Part shown: piece after piece, positions 1 through 8,600 of the stretch | Numbering within the stretch: position 1 is the stretch's first letter | Layout: the number at the start of each line of letters is the position of its first letter | Origin: a virus | Lineage: Duplodnaviria > Caudoviricetes | Virus record (IMG/VR): IMGVR_UViG_3300017700_000649 | Location: 1 to 59,753 of that record | DNA length: 59,753 bases | Strand: one strand, 5' to 3' | Notes under the pieces: model-generated | The model's input: the letters and a program-made list of their open reading frames with translations, nothing else | The model's database searches: none | Told to the model about the DNA's origin: nothing | Position numbers and translations under genes: made by a program

Positions 1-123
1 GCTGGTGGCTCAGTGGGTGCAGAGGGTGACGCGGCGTCAGGCATCAAGCCGGGCGAAACCGTAGCCGAAGCGACCGAGGGCTGGGCGCAGTGGTGCGAGG
101 CTCGCGGAAACAGCATGCTTGCA
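1..123 (+). repeat. 123-bp terminal direct repeat, left copy (circular assembly overlap)
   Basis: Identical to 59631-59753. Confidence 0.97.
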
Positions 124-489
124 AAGTTCTTGCGTGAACGCGCCACCACCCAGGCGCAGGATGCCGCCCCAGTAGCCGACAACCTGCAAAAGCTGGCAGA
201 CCTGAACCACGAGTTGGGCCTCGAGTCTGTTACAGGGAACCCGACCGCCGAGCATTGGCTTGAGAAAGCGCACGTCGCCATGAGCGCGCTGCGTGAGCTG
301 GTCGAGTGCAAGGACCTGAAAGACGCCATCGACGAAACAGACGCCAGCCAGTTCGAAGGGGCGGATGCGAAACAGCGTGAATACAACCGCAGAAAACCAC
401 TGGCTTGGGCCGCTGCTCGCGATGTTCTCAAAGGGGCCGCAGGGGTGCAGGGGGATGCGGCGCGGCTGGACGGGAAAGGGTCGGAGTGA
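1..489 (+). CDS. 3' part of a mosaic hypothetical protein starting at 59154 (about 321 aa across the join)
   Basis: Frame continuous from ATG 59154 through the repeat to TGA 487-489. Confidence 0.8.
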   Translation, partial: AGGSVGAEGDAASGIKPGETVAEATEGWAQWCEARGNSMLAKFLRERATTQAQDAAPVADNLQKLADLNHELGLESVTGNPTAEHWLEKAHVAMSALRELVECKDLKDAIDETDASQFEGADAKQREYNRRKPLAWAAARDVLKGAAGVQGDAARLDGKGSE

Positions 490-1172
490 CAAGCCCCGAA
501 ATCATCGGCAGCGCTGAGCTTTGGCTTGGCGACTGTCGGGATATCCTGCCGGGCATCGCCGGGGAGCGTGCCTTGGTTACCGACCCGCCGTTCAACGTCG
601 GCAAGGACTACGGGGTACACGACGACGCCATGCCTGAAGCTGAATACATGGCTTGGCTGGGCGGCATCTTCGCAGCTTGCGCGGCTGATGAAATGTGGGT
701 TGTCACGCCGACCTCCAAGATGCTGGCGTTCTGGCGACTCATGCCCACCGCCCAGCAGGTGGTTATCCCAATGACGGCCGGCTACGCGGTGCGCAGCGGC
801 TGGACTCAAAAGTTCGCGTCCATGCTGGTGACGGGCAAGATCGCCGGGAACCCATGGAATCTTTGGGAGGGCATCCGCCATCGCGGCGAAGGCTACTTCT
901 TCAAGGAAGAAACCTACGGCCACCCCGGCTACACCCCGTTGCCCATCATGCAGCGGGCGGTGGCTACAAGCAAAGCGCCGCGGATTCTTGAGCCCTTTCT
1001 GGGCACCGGAACCACGGGGGTTGCGGCAATTGTCGAAAGCCGTGCGTTCGTGGGAATCGAAATCAACCCCGCCTATTTCAGCATCGCGTGTCGCCGCATT
1101 GAGCAGGCCGTCAACCAGCCCAAGCTTTTTGACGAGCCACTGCCCAAACCGGAACAAATGGAGATTACCTGA
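486..1172 (+). CDS. DNA N6-adenine/N4-cytosine methyltransferase (beta class)
   Basis: GDC..VTDPPF catalytic motif, then EPFLGTGTT SAM-binding motif and GIEI; GTG start overlaps the upstream stop. Confidence 0.9.
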   Translation: MTSPEIIGSAELWLGDCRDILPGIAGERALVTDPPFNVGKDYGVHDDAMPEAEYMAWLGGIFAACAADEMWVVTPTSKMLAFWRLMPTAQQVVIPMTAGYAVRSGWTQKFASMLVTGKIAGNPWNLWEGIRHRGEGYFFKEETYGHPGYTPLPIMQRAVATSKAPRILEPFLGTGTTGVAAIVESRAFVGIEINPAYFSIACRRIEQAVNQPKLFDEPLPKPEQMEIT

Positions 1173-1173
1173 C

Positions 1174-1662
1174 ATGACGCAATCAATACCCCAACTGCCC
1201 GAGCTGCTGAATTGCCCGTTTTGCGGGCACGACAAACCATCTTTCGAGCGCACTGGAACCGGCCGGCATAGCTGCATCGTAGCGTGCGGAAACTGCGGTG
1301 CGCGCCATGAAAGCAGCGACGAATACGAGCGCTCCGGTGATTCATGGAACACCCGCTCCGCCCTCTCTCAGCCTATGGGAGTAGCAAGGGGATGGCAGCC
1401 GATTGAAACAGCACCGAAGGATGGAACTCGAATTCTGGCCTGGAGTGAAGAATACGGCGCCCGCGAAACGCGCATGAACTTTTATGGCGAAGGCTCTCCA
1501 GGCCATGCCGACTGGAAGGCTGGGCGCGGCCCACGCGAAAGCGGCTGGGATTGGTCAGAGCCCAAGAACAACTGGGGATTTAGCTGGAAGCCAACCCACT
1601 GGATGCCACTTCTCGCGACCCCCTCTATCGGCCCTTCTACAAAGGGGGTAGATCATGGATGA
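1174..1662 (+). CDS. Lar-family restriction alleviation zinc ribbon fused to a DUF551-like domain
   Basis: LLNCPFCG..CGNCGA..WNTR, then WQPIETAPKDGT..PTHWMPL. Confidence 0.8.
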   Translation: MTQSIPQLPELLNCPFCGHDKPSFERTGTGRHSCIVACGNCGARHESSDEYERSGDSWNTRSALSQPMGVARGWQPIETAPKDGTRILAWSEEYGARETRMNFYGEGSPGHADWKAGRGPRESGWDWSEPKNNWGFSWKPTHWMPLLATPSIGPSTKGVDHG

Positions 1663-2059
1663 CCGGACATTGCTTGAACTGGCGGCAAAAGCTGCGGGCA
1701 TCCACATCGACAAGTCCACGACGAACGGTGGCGGCATGGGGAACACGGGCTTTGACTTGATGGGCAACGTGAAGACCGATTGCCACAACGGCACGACGTG
1801 GAATCCGCTCACCGACGACGGCGACGCCCTGAGGCTGGCTGTGAAACTCAACATGGATGTCGATATTGATCGACGAGACATCACTGTGCTGTGGGCCGAA
1901 GATGATGGCGCTGTTTATGAAATCAAAGAGCGCGGGGAAAAGTCTGGCGGTGACCCGCTCGCCGCCACTCGCCGCGCTATTGTCCGCGCTGCCGCAGAAA
2001 TTGAACTTTCCAAGTCCGCTGTATCAGCGCCTGGGGCGGTGGAAGGGGGGCGGACATGA
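1655..2059 (+). CDS. Conserved phage hypothetical protein
   Basis: LLELAAKAAG..WNPLTDDGDALRLAV..ATRRAIVRAAAEI motifs; overlaps both neighbours. Confidence 0.8.
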   Translation: MDDRTLLELAAKAAGIHIDKSTTNGGGMGNTGFDLMGNVKTDCHNGTTWNPLTDDGDALRLAVKLNMDVDIDRRDITVLWAEDDGAVYEIKERGEKSGGDPLAATRRAIVRAAAEIELSKSAVSAPGAVEGGRT

Positions 2060-2337
2060 TCACTGGTTTATTTGTTGACCTTTTAGTCGCCACCTCCAGC
2101 AACATGCCTTTCTCGCTGATTTGGAAGCGTTGTCGCTGTTCCCGCAAGGGCCATGTAATGACGGGGTCAAGGCTGGTGGACAAGTTATACAGCGAGCACC
2201 ACCCACATACGGACGTTGAGAGTGTGTACACGGTAGCACTTCGGGAATGCACCTGTGGGCTGATTTTCCAGACGGTCGGCCTTGAGTATCGCCACCCAAC
2301 ATGGGAACGAGAAAAAATCGGTGAAATCAGTGAATAG
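2056..2337 (+). CDS. Hypothetical protein (start uncertain)
   Basis: ATGA overlap with the upstream gene; lower GC; Cys pairs. Confidence 0.45.
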   Translation: MITGLFVDLLVATSSNMPFSLIWKRCRCSRKGHVMTGSRLVDKLYSEHHPHTDVESVYTVALRECTCGLIFQTVGLEYRHPTWEREKIGEISE

Positions 2338-2400
2338 CCCCATGAACCTCCCCACACCCACCTATTCCTCTGAACTGGGTAAAGAAAGCAAGGTAGAGAT

Positions 2401-2667
2401 ATGAGCCAGGTCAACGCGAAAGTCACTTTGAAGCCAGCCTACCTGGACATCGCCGGCGCCTGCAATTTCGTCGCCCTGGGCGAGTCCACATTGCAGGAGC
2501 TGGTGCGCGAGGACAAATTCCCGAAACCCCGCAAGCTGTCCGGCCGCCGTGTCGGTTGGTTGGTTCGGGAGCTTGAGGAGTGGGCCGAATCTCGCCCTGT
2601 CTCAGACCAGTTGCCACCCGAGAACACCGGGGCCAAGAAGCCCGCGCCCCGGTCATCCAGTCATTAA
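2401..2667 (+). CDS. AlpA-family regulator / excisionase
   Basis: FPKPRKLSGRRVGWLVRELEEW motif; convergent with the integrase. Confidence 0.9.
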   Translation: MSQVNAKVTLKPAYLDIAGACNFVALGESTLQELVREDKFPKPRKLSGRRVGWLVRELEEWAESRPVSDQLPPENTGAKKPAPRSSSH

Positions 2668-3929
2668 GTCAGCGACTCCAGCCGCTCGGCCAACCTGCCC
2701 AGCCACAGCCGCCGCTCAGGGTTGTAGGCGTGCAGGTTGTAGACCCCCACCACACCAGGCTGCACATGGCCCAGGATCGCCTCGCCCACCTCGTTCGGGC
2801 ACCCCATCGACGCTAGCATAGTGCGCCCAGTGCGGCGCAGGTCGTGCGGGCTCCAGTGGGTAACGCTCAGGCGCTCGCGCACATGGTCCTTCCGGGACTT
2901 GCTGTACGGCTGGAGGTAGTGCACCTTTGACTGCATGTAGGCCTGCTGCTGGTGCCCCGGCACGCCGGCGCGCGACACGCTGGGGTAGAGCCATCCTTTG
3001 CCGTGCTCGTCAAGCAGCCGCTGCACCACCTTCAGCGCCCGGCCCACCAGCGGCACCCGCAGGTCCGTGGCGCGCTCATTGTTCCGGCCCTTGGTGAATT
3101 CCTTGGGGATGGTCCACCACCAGCCATCGGCCTCTTTGGTCACCTGGTCGCCCCGCATGCACACGATTTCCGCACCCCGCGTGCACGTCCAGAGCTGGGT
3201 GACCAGGAAGTCCTGAACCTGCTGGCTGAAGCGCTGCAGGTCGCTGGCCAGCAGGGTCTTAATTTCCGCCTCTGACAGGACGCGCTTGGCCGTGCCCTTG
3301 TGCACGCCGTCGCGCAGGGCGCCCTTGCTGCGCAGCTTGCGGGCATGCACCAATATCCACCAGTTGGGCATGTCTTCAGGAATGCGGCCGGCATCCATGG
3401 CGTAGACCCAGGCGGCGCCCAGCTCGGTCTTGACGCTGGCGGCCATCACCGGGCGGTCGCTCAAGGCCTCGATCAGATCGAAGGCAAATCGCCGGTTGAC
3501 GGCACTGACCGGCAAGTCGGCATGTTCGGCAATGGCGTTCGCCAGGCGCTGGTGTACCGCCTTGGCGCCCTTGGCCTCACGCCGACGCTTCAGGTAGCCG
3601 GTGGCATAGTCCTCGACCATCTGGGCCAGGGTGTAGCCGGCCTGTGGCCCGCGCTGTACCTGCTTGCTGGCCTTGCGGGTGGCCCGCAGGTCCTCGCCGC
3701 CGTCGCGCCGGGCCCGCAGCTCCTGCCACTTCCCCGCGGCATCGGTGGGCGACATGGCCGGCCAGGCGCCCAGCTTGATCTGCTTCATCAGGGTCGTGGC
3801 CGGGTCCTTGTACCGATATACCCACGTCCGCCTGGTGGTGGTGGCCACGAGCCGCAGGCCGGGGCACCCGTCAACGACAATGTGCTCACCGGCTTTCAGC
3901 TGCTTGGCCGCCCGTGCGTCAAAATGCAT
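2664..3929 (-). CDS. int: Tyrosine integrase with N-terminal arm-binding domain
   Basis: GCPGLRL..TWVYRY arm domain; catalytic R (TCTRGAE), HDLRRT, LGH and VYN. Confidence 0.95.
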   Translation of the reverse strand: MHFDARAAKQLKAGEHIVVDGCPGLRLVATTTRRTWVYRYKDPATTLMKQIKLGAWPAMSPTDAAGKWQELRARRDGGEDLRATRKASKQVQRGPQAGYTLAQMVEDYATGYLKRRREAKGAKAVHQRLANAIAEHADLPVSAVNRRFAFDLIEALSDRPVMAASVKTELGAAWVYAMDAGRIPEDMPNWWILVHARKLRSKGALRDGVHKGTAKRVLSEAEIKTLLASDLQRFSQQVQDFLVTQLWTCTRGAEIVCMRGDQVTKEADGWWWTIPKEFTKGRNNERATDLRVPLVGRALKVVQRLLDEHGKGWLYPSVSRAGVPGHQQQAYMQSKVHYLQPYSKSRKDHVRERLSVTHWSPHDLRRTGRTMLASMGCPNEVGEAILGHVQPGVVGVYNLHAYNPERRLWLGRLAERLESLT

Positions 3930-3964
3930 GCTCTGCCTGTCTCTGGGATGTGCGCGTGGAATAT

Positions 3965-4221
3965 GAAAAGCTACGCCAAAACCTGACGAGTGTGGCAAGT
4001 GTAGCCGGGCCTAGATGAGCCTCGGCGCGGAAATAGTGCCAAAGAAAAGCTACGCCAAAATCCCAAAATATCCAGACAGATCAATGAGATACGCGAAAAT
4101 CATGTGTGAAATCAACAACTTGCGAAACCGGCCCGAATGATGAACATAGTTATCCTCGATGCTGGTTTTCTATAGGGGAAATCTGATGTTTCCCGTGGAA
4201 CCTACGCCAGAAGTTACGCCG
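3965..4221. other. Putative attP region with arm-type repeats and an IHF site
   Basis: GAAAAGCTACGCCAAAA exactly at 3965-3981 and 4044-4060; tandem GAACCTACGCCA/GAAGTTACGCCG at 4198-4221; IHF consensus AATCAACAACTTG at 4110-4122; directly upstream of int. Confidence 0.75.
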
Positions 4222-4266
4222 CAATCCTCCTCCATTTCAAGCCCCAAGTCTCGTAAACTTCCACCC

Positions 4267-4458
4267 ATGAAAACCCGCCACCTCGTCAAAGCCGTGATCC
4301 TGATCGCCGCGGCAATCCCGATTGCGCTGAACTGGGCGGTTCTCTGGAGCCCGGCCTACAAGCACACGACCTTCCCCCTGGTGTTTACCTGGCTGGTGGT
4401 GCTGATCCTGTTCGGCGAAGGAGAGCCGCCTGTTTACGAACACCCTCCCCTGTCCTAG
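4267..4458 (+). CDS. Small two-TM membrane protein (moron)
   Basis: MKTRHLVKAVILIAAAIPIAL..FPLVFTWLVVLILF. Confidence 0.65.
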   Translation: MKTRHLVKAVILIAAAIPIALNWAVLWSPAYKHTTFPLVFTWLVVLILFGEGEPPVYEHPPLS

Positions 4459-4467
4459 AATCCGGTC

Positions 4468-4590
4468 ATGAACCACCACAACGTCCCTCACAGCGCCGCC
4501 GCCCCTGCCGTCTATGCCTATGCCGCCCTGGGGCTGGTCGTTGCCGTTGTGGCCGCTGTCTCTGCCGTGGCTTGGGTAGTTTTCAGCTGA
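4468..4590 (+). CDS. 40-aa single-TM peptide (absent from the ORF track)
   Basis: MNHHNVPHSAAAPAVYAYAALGLVVAVVAAVSAVAWVVFS. Confidence 0.5.
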   Translation: MNHHNVPHSAAAPAVYAYAALGLVVAVVAAVSAVAWVVFS

Positions 4591-4948
4591 ACCTGGCCAT
4601 CACCACGATGCCCAGCACGACGAGGGCCGTGCCCGCCAGCTTGCCGACATTGAGCCCATCCTGGAACAGCAGCACCCCGGCCACCAGCACCAGGACATAG
4701 GTCAGCGCTGAAAACGGGTAGGCATAGCTGATCTCAAACCGGGTCAGCGCCATCATCCAGGACACCCCGGCCAGGAACGTGGACACCACGCTGGCGATGA
4801 TCCAGGGGTTCAGCAGCAGCGCCCAGACAAACCCCGCCTTCCCCCAGACATCCGCCGGCATGGGCCCGGCCAGACCTACCTGCCAGCGCATCAAAAGCTG
4901 GCTCAGGGCGGTGAAAACGATGGTCGAGAAGATGTAGGCGTGGGACAT
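4583..4948 (-). CDS. SMR/EamA-family four-TM transporter, ArnE/ArnF flippase-like
   Basis: 121 aa; SQLL, LLNPWI, ALTRFEISYAYPF and LLFQD motifs. Confidence 0.85.
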   Translation of the reverse strand: MSHAYIFSTIVFTALSQLLMRWQVGLAGPMPADVWGKAGFVWALLLNPWIIASVVSTFLAGVSWMMALTRFEISYAYPFSALTYVLVLVAGVLLFQDGLNVGKLAGTALVVLGIVVMARFS

Positions 4949-5023
4949 GGGTGAATTGTGACATCAGGCCCTAATGAGGCCCTGGTGTTGTGTTGCCCGG
5001 CTGGCAGGCGGATAATCCCGGCC

Positions 5024-5323
5024 ATGCGTCTACCCCTACTGCTCGCTGCCCTTCTCCTGGCTTCATGTTCACCAGATGCCCCAAGGGTGGCAAACCGCAC
5101 GCCGACCGAGCGCGCGGTGCTGGCGGAAAAGAAGCTGGCAGTGCCGCCCGTGCCGCGCACATATCCCGTCGGCAAGGGCGAGATGGTGGTGGTCGAGGTA
5201 CCAGTAGCCGACAGCCAGCACTTTGTCGACAAGCAGCGCTGCATGGTCTATCGGGATCTGGAGCTCAAGCAGGTCACCATGAGCTGTGGGCAGCAGCCGG
5301 AAACGTTGGTCGTCGCGCCTTGA
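5024..5323 (+). CDS. Lipoprotein
   Basis: Signal peptide MRLPLLLAALL with lipobox LASC. Confidence 0.8.
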   Translation: MRLPLLLAALLLASCSPDAPRVANRTPTERAVLAEKKLAVPPVPRTYPVGKGEMVVVEVPVADSQHFVDKQRCMVYRDLELKQVTMSCGQQPETLVVAP

Positions 5324-5610
5324 GTGATTTCCTGGACGCGGCGCGCCGCGCTGGCGCACTGGTCACTGACCGCCCTGTCGACGCCAAGATCAAACCCCAG
5401 TGGGGCCGACCGCCGTTTCTGTCGGGCAAGCTGATCGCCCACTACTGGACGGCCGACGACACACCGATTCCAGGCCACCCTGACGCCTATGGCATACGCA
5501 GCGCCTGCGGTTTGAACACCGTGGCCACCGGCGCCGTGCCGCTTCTGGGGCACGGGAACCTGCCGTTCTGCGCTCGGTGCGAGCAGAAGTTAATGGGCAA
5601 GATACGCTGA
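5320..5610 (+). CDS. Hypothetical protein, possibly zinc-binding
   Basis: TTG start overlapping the upstream TGA; H..SACG..CARC; followed by a terminator. Confidence 0.65.
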   Translation: MSDFLDAARRAGALVTDRPVDAKIKPQWGRPPFLSGKLIAHYWTADDTPIPGHPDAYGIRSACGLNTVATGAVPLLGHGNLPFCARCEQKLMGKIR

Positions 5611-5619
5611 CCAGAAACG

Positions 5620-5659
5620 AAAAAAAGCCCCCAGCCAAACGGCCGGGGGCTTTTCTTTT
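5620..5659. terminator. Bidirectional intrinsic terminator
   Basis: A7-GCCCCC..GGGGGC-TTTTCTTTT between convergent genes. Confidence 0.85.
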
Positions 5660-5676
5660 GGCGGTGACGGACGGCT

Positions 5677-8600
5677 TCAGTCTTTTTCGCTCCCATCCAC
5701 GGTGAGCCCGTTGCGCAGGTTTTCCTTCTTCTGGATCGCCTTGTCGCGCTCCTTTTCAAGAGTCCTGTCGCTGATGGCGCCCTTGCTTGCCAGGCGCTGC
5801 AGCTTCTTGATTTCCCCGTCAATATCCCGAATCATCTTGCGCTTCATTGAGCCCTCAATGGCCTCTGCCGTCTCCAGATCCACCGGGCGCACCTTGATGC
5901 CGAACGTCTGCATCGCGGCGTACTTCGGCTGTACAGGGTTCCCGTCCTTGCCAATGCCCGTGGCGTCGCCGCCCAGCACATCGGGAACCCACTTGACCTC
6001 ACCGCCGTTGGCCTGGGCCAGAGCGTTCATCCCGCGCTCCCAGTGGTAGTTGCCGGCGGTGATGGCGGGCGTCAGCTGCTTCCACAGCCAGGCTGAGCGC
6101 TTCGAGGCCTTCTCGCCGGTGGTGTCATTGCTGTCCGTGATCTCCTTGCCCAGGAACATATCCTTGTTGCCCAGCATGGCCACCATCGTCGTGAACAGCG
6201 GGTGGCTTGGCGTGATCGGCTGCGGCAGCGGCACGCCGCCGGCGTTCGGGCTGACGTCGAACAGGTCGCCGCCAGGGATGATGCGGCTAACGTCGATGAA
6301 CAGCGGCAGCTTCGTGATCTCATCCATGCCCAGGCGAATCATCTTCGGCGTCATCATGCTGGTGGTGCCCTTGTTCCAGGGCGGCAGGTGCTCGCGCTCG
6401 AGCTTTTCTTTTTCGCGGGCCTTGGCCCGGAACTCGGGGTCGGTCAGGTAGCGCTTGAGGGTTTCCTGCCAGCTGTCGTCATCGTCGCCGGTGGCAATGG
6501 CATAGGCCGCGGCGTTGATGCCCCAGAGCACGGCGGCGGGCGCGGCCATGCGTACCGGGTGCGTCAGGGCCGTGTGCAGCAACGCCGGTGCCGCCTTGTA
6601 GGTGTAGCTGAAGAATGGGATGCCGAAGTCGCGGATGCGGCGCGCGCCCTTGGGTAGGTCGTCGTAGGTAAAGATGTACTTCTGGGCGTAGTCCACGGCG
6701 TCCTGCGGCTCCATGCCGTGCTCGCGGGCGTACTTGTAGATCAGGTAGCGAAAGAACGTGTCTTCCGCCTGGTAGGCGGCGCCCATGGGCTTGCGCAGGA
6801 ACATGGTCATGATGTCGAAGCCGGTGCGCGCCACCTTCTCACCCTTGGATTCCTGCTTTTGAGCCAGGATTTTCAGCTCCTCAGGCAGCGTGTTCATGAG
6901 CTCGGTGTCGCTGAGCGTACCCAGGAACAGGCCGTTCTCCTTGGCCTCGACCATCATGGCCGGCTTCTTGATGAAGTCCCGCGCGGCGGCCAGGTACTTG
7001 TCGCCGCGGTGGTAGCTGACCCCGGCCAGGTGCGCCATGGTCAGGTTGGAGACCATGTTGTTCACATGGGAGACAGGGTTCATCGAGGTCTTACCCATTT
7101 TCCAAATTGCCATGGCCTGGCGGTACATCTGCCACGCCGCGCTGGTGCTTTCCTCGATGTTGCTCAACTGGCTCATCGTCTCGGTGGGCACCCAGCGCCC
7201 GGCCAGTTTGCCGTACACCTTGGCGCCAGTGCCGCTCACCGTGGTGGTGGGCACCTGGACGTAGCCCTCTTTTTCGAGGCGTGACGACTGCTCAGGGTCG
7301 GCGGCCATGCGCTCGAACATGCGGCCGACAGCAATGTCGCGCCCGGTCTGCATGTAGCCCATGACGAACCGGAAGCCGGCGTCGCGGATCTCGCCCATCT
7401 TCTCGCGCTCTTCAGGGCTGAAGTCGCGCCACACCTGCACGGTGCCGTCCACCGATGGCAGGCTGGGCGTGTAATCCGGGTCACGCACTTCCCAGCCCAG
7501 GGCTTCGTAGTTGGCCAGTTCCGCTTCGGGGATGGTCTCGTACAGCCCGCGGCCTTTCAGGTTCTTGCCCTTGATGCCCTTCATGACCGACTGGCGGCCG
7601 GTGAGGCGCTTCATGGCGTCTGCCCAGGCATCGCCCACCTTGGCGCTCAGTTTCGATTCGTAGTAGCGCGGCAGGTACTTGCCGCGCCATTTGTCCGCGC
7701 TGTCCTTGGTCAGCATGTCCAGGGCCACGAGTTCGTCGGTCTGGCGGCCCATGGCGTCGTTGATCATGGCTGCCAACTTCACGGCGTGAGCCGGTGGAAT
7801 GATGCCGACTTTCAGCTCCTGTTCGACCAGGTCGGAGACCATGGCGCGCTCGGCCTCGCTCAGCTTCATCGTTTCCTTGGCGATGGCACCGGCGGTTTCC
7901 TGGGCCTTCTCGACGTCGATTTTCATCTGGCGCAGTTGGCGGCGCAGCTCGGGGCTGGCGGCTTTCAGGCCCAGCTTCACCAGCGTCGGGCCGGCGGCCG
8001 CGCCAATCTTGTCGTACAGCCAGGCGCCGGGGGCGAACTGAAGGCGGCCGGTAGCGTCGCGCCATGGGGAGAGTTTGGCGCCAGGCGCTGGCGCGCGGCT
8101 GAAGCGGATGTCAGGGTTGGCAGGGTCGAATGTCGTGTTTTCCGTGGCTGATTTGATCTGGTTTGACCGGAAGACAACATAGGTGTCGGTGGCGCGCGAC
8201 CCTCCCGCGACATTGTTGTAATCGTCCTTGACGTTGCGGACAATGATGCCGTCGTGGCCGCCGGCCTTGGCTTCCTCGATGATGCGGCCAGTTTTCCCGA
8301 TCTTCTGCGCCTCGCGCCAGTGCTTTCCGCCGCCGTCTACGATCAGCGGGTTTTCCAGCTTGAGGTAGGCCGCGATCACCCCGGGCTCTGCGTTCTGGTA
8401 ATCGAAGGCGCGTCGATCGTCGGCATAGGTGGCTGCTGTCCGCTTGCTGCCGGCAAACCAGTGAGCGCCGCCGTCTGGATCTTCGGCCCCGTACCGGGCC
8501 TTGAGGGATTTAAAGGTGCCGTCTTCTGTGACGAAACGCGCGTCTGGCGCACCGTGGTAGACCACCAGCGGTTCGCTGCCCGCCTTGCCGTCTACGGTGG

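Noticed and set aside
4165-4175. GTTTTCTATAG shared between attP and repeat copy 2
   Set aside because: Only 11 bp, and the rest of the element is absent; plausible by chance
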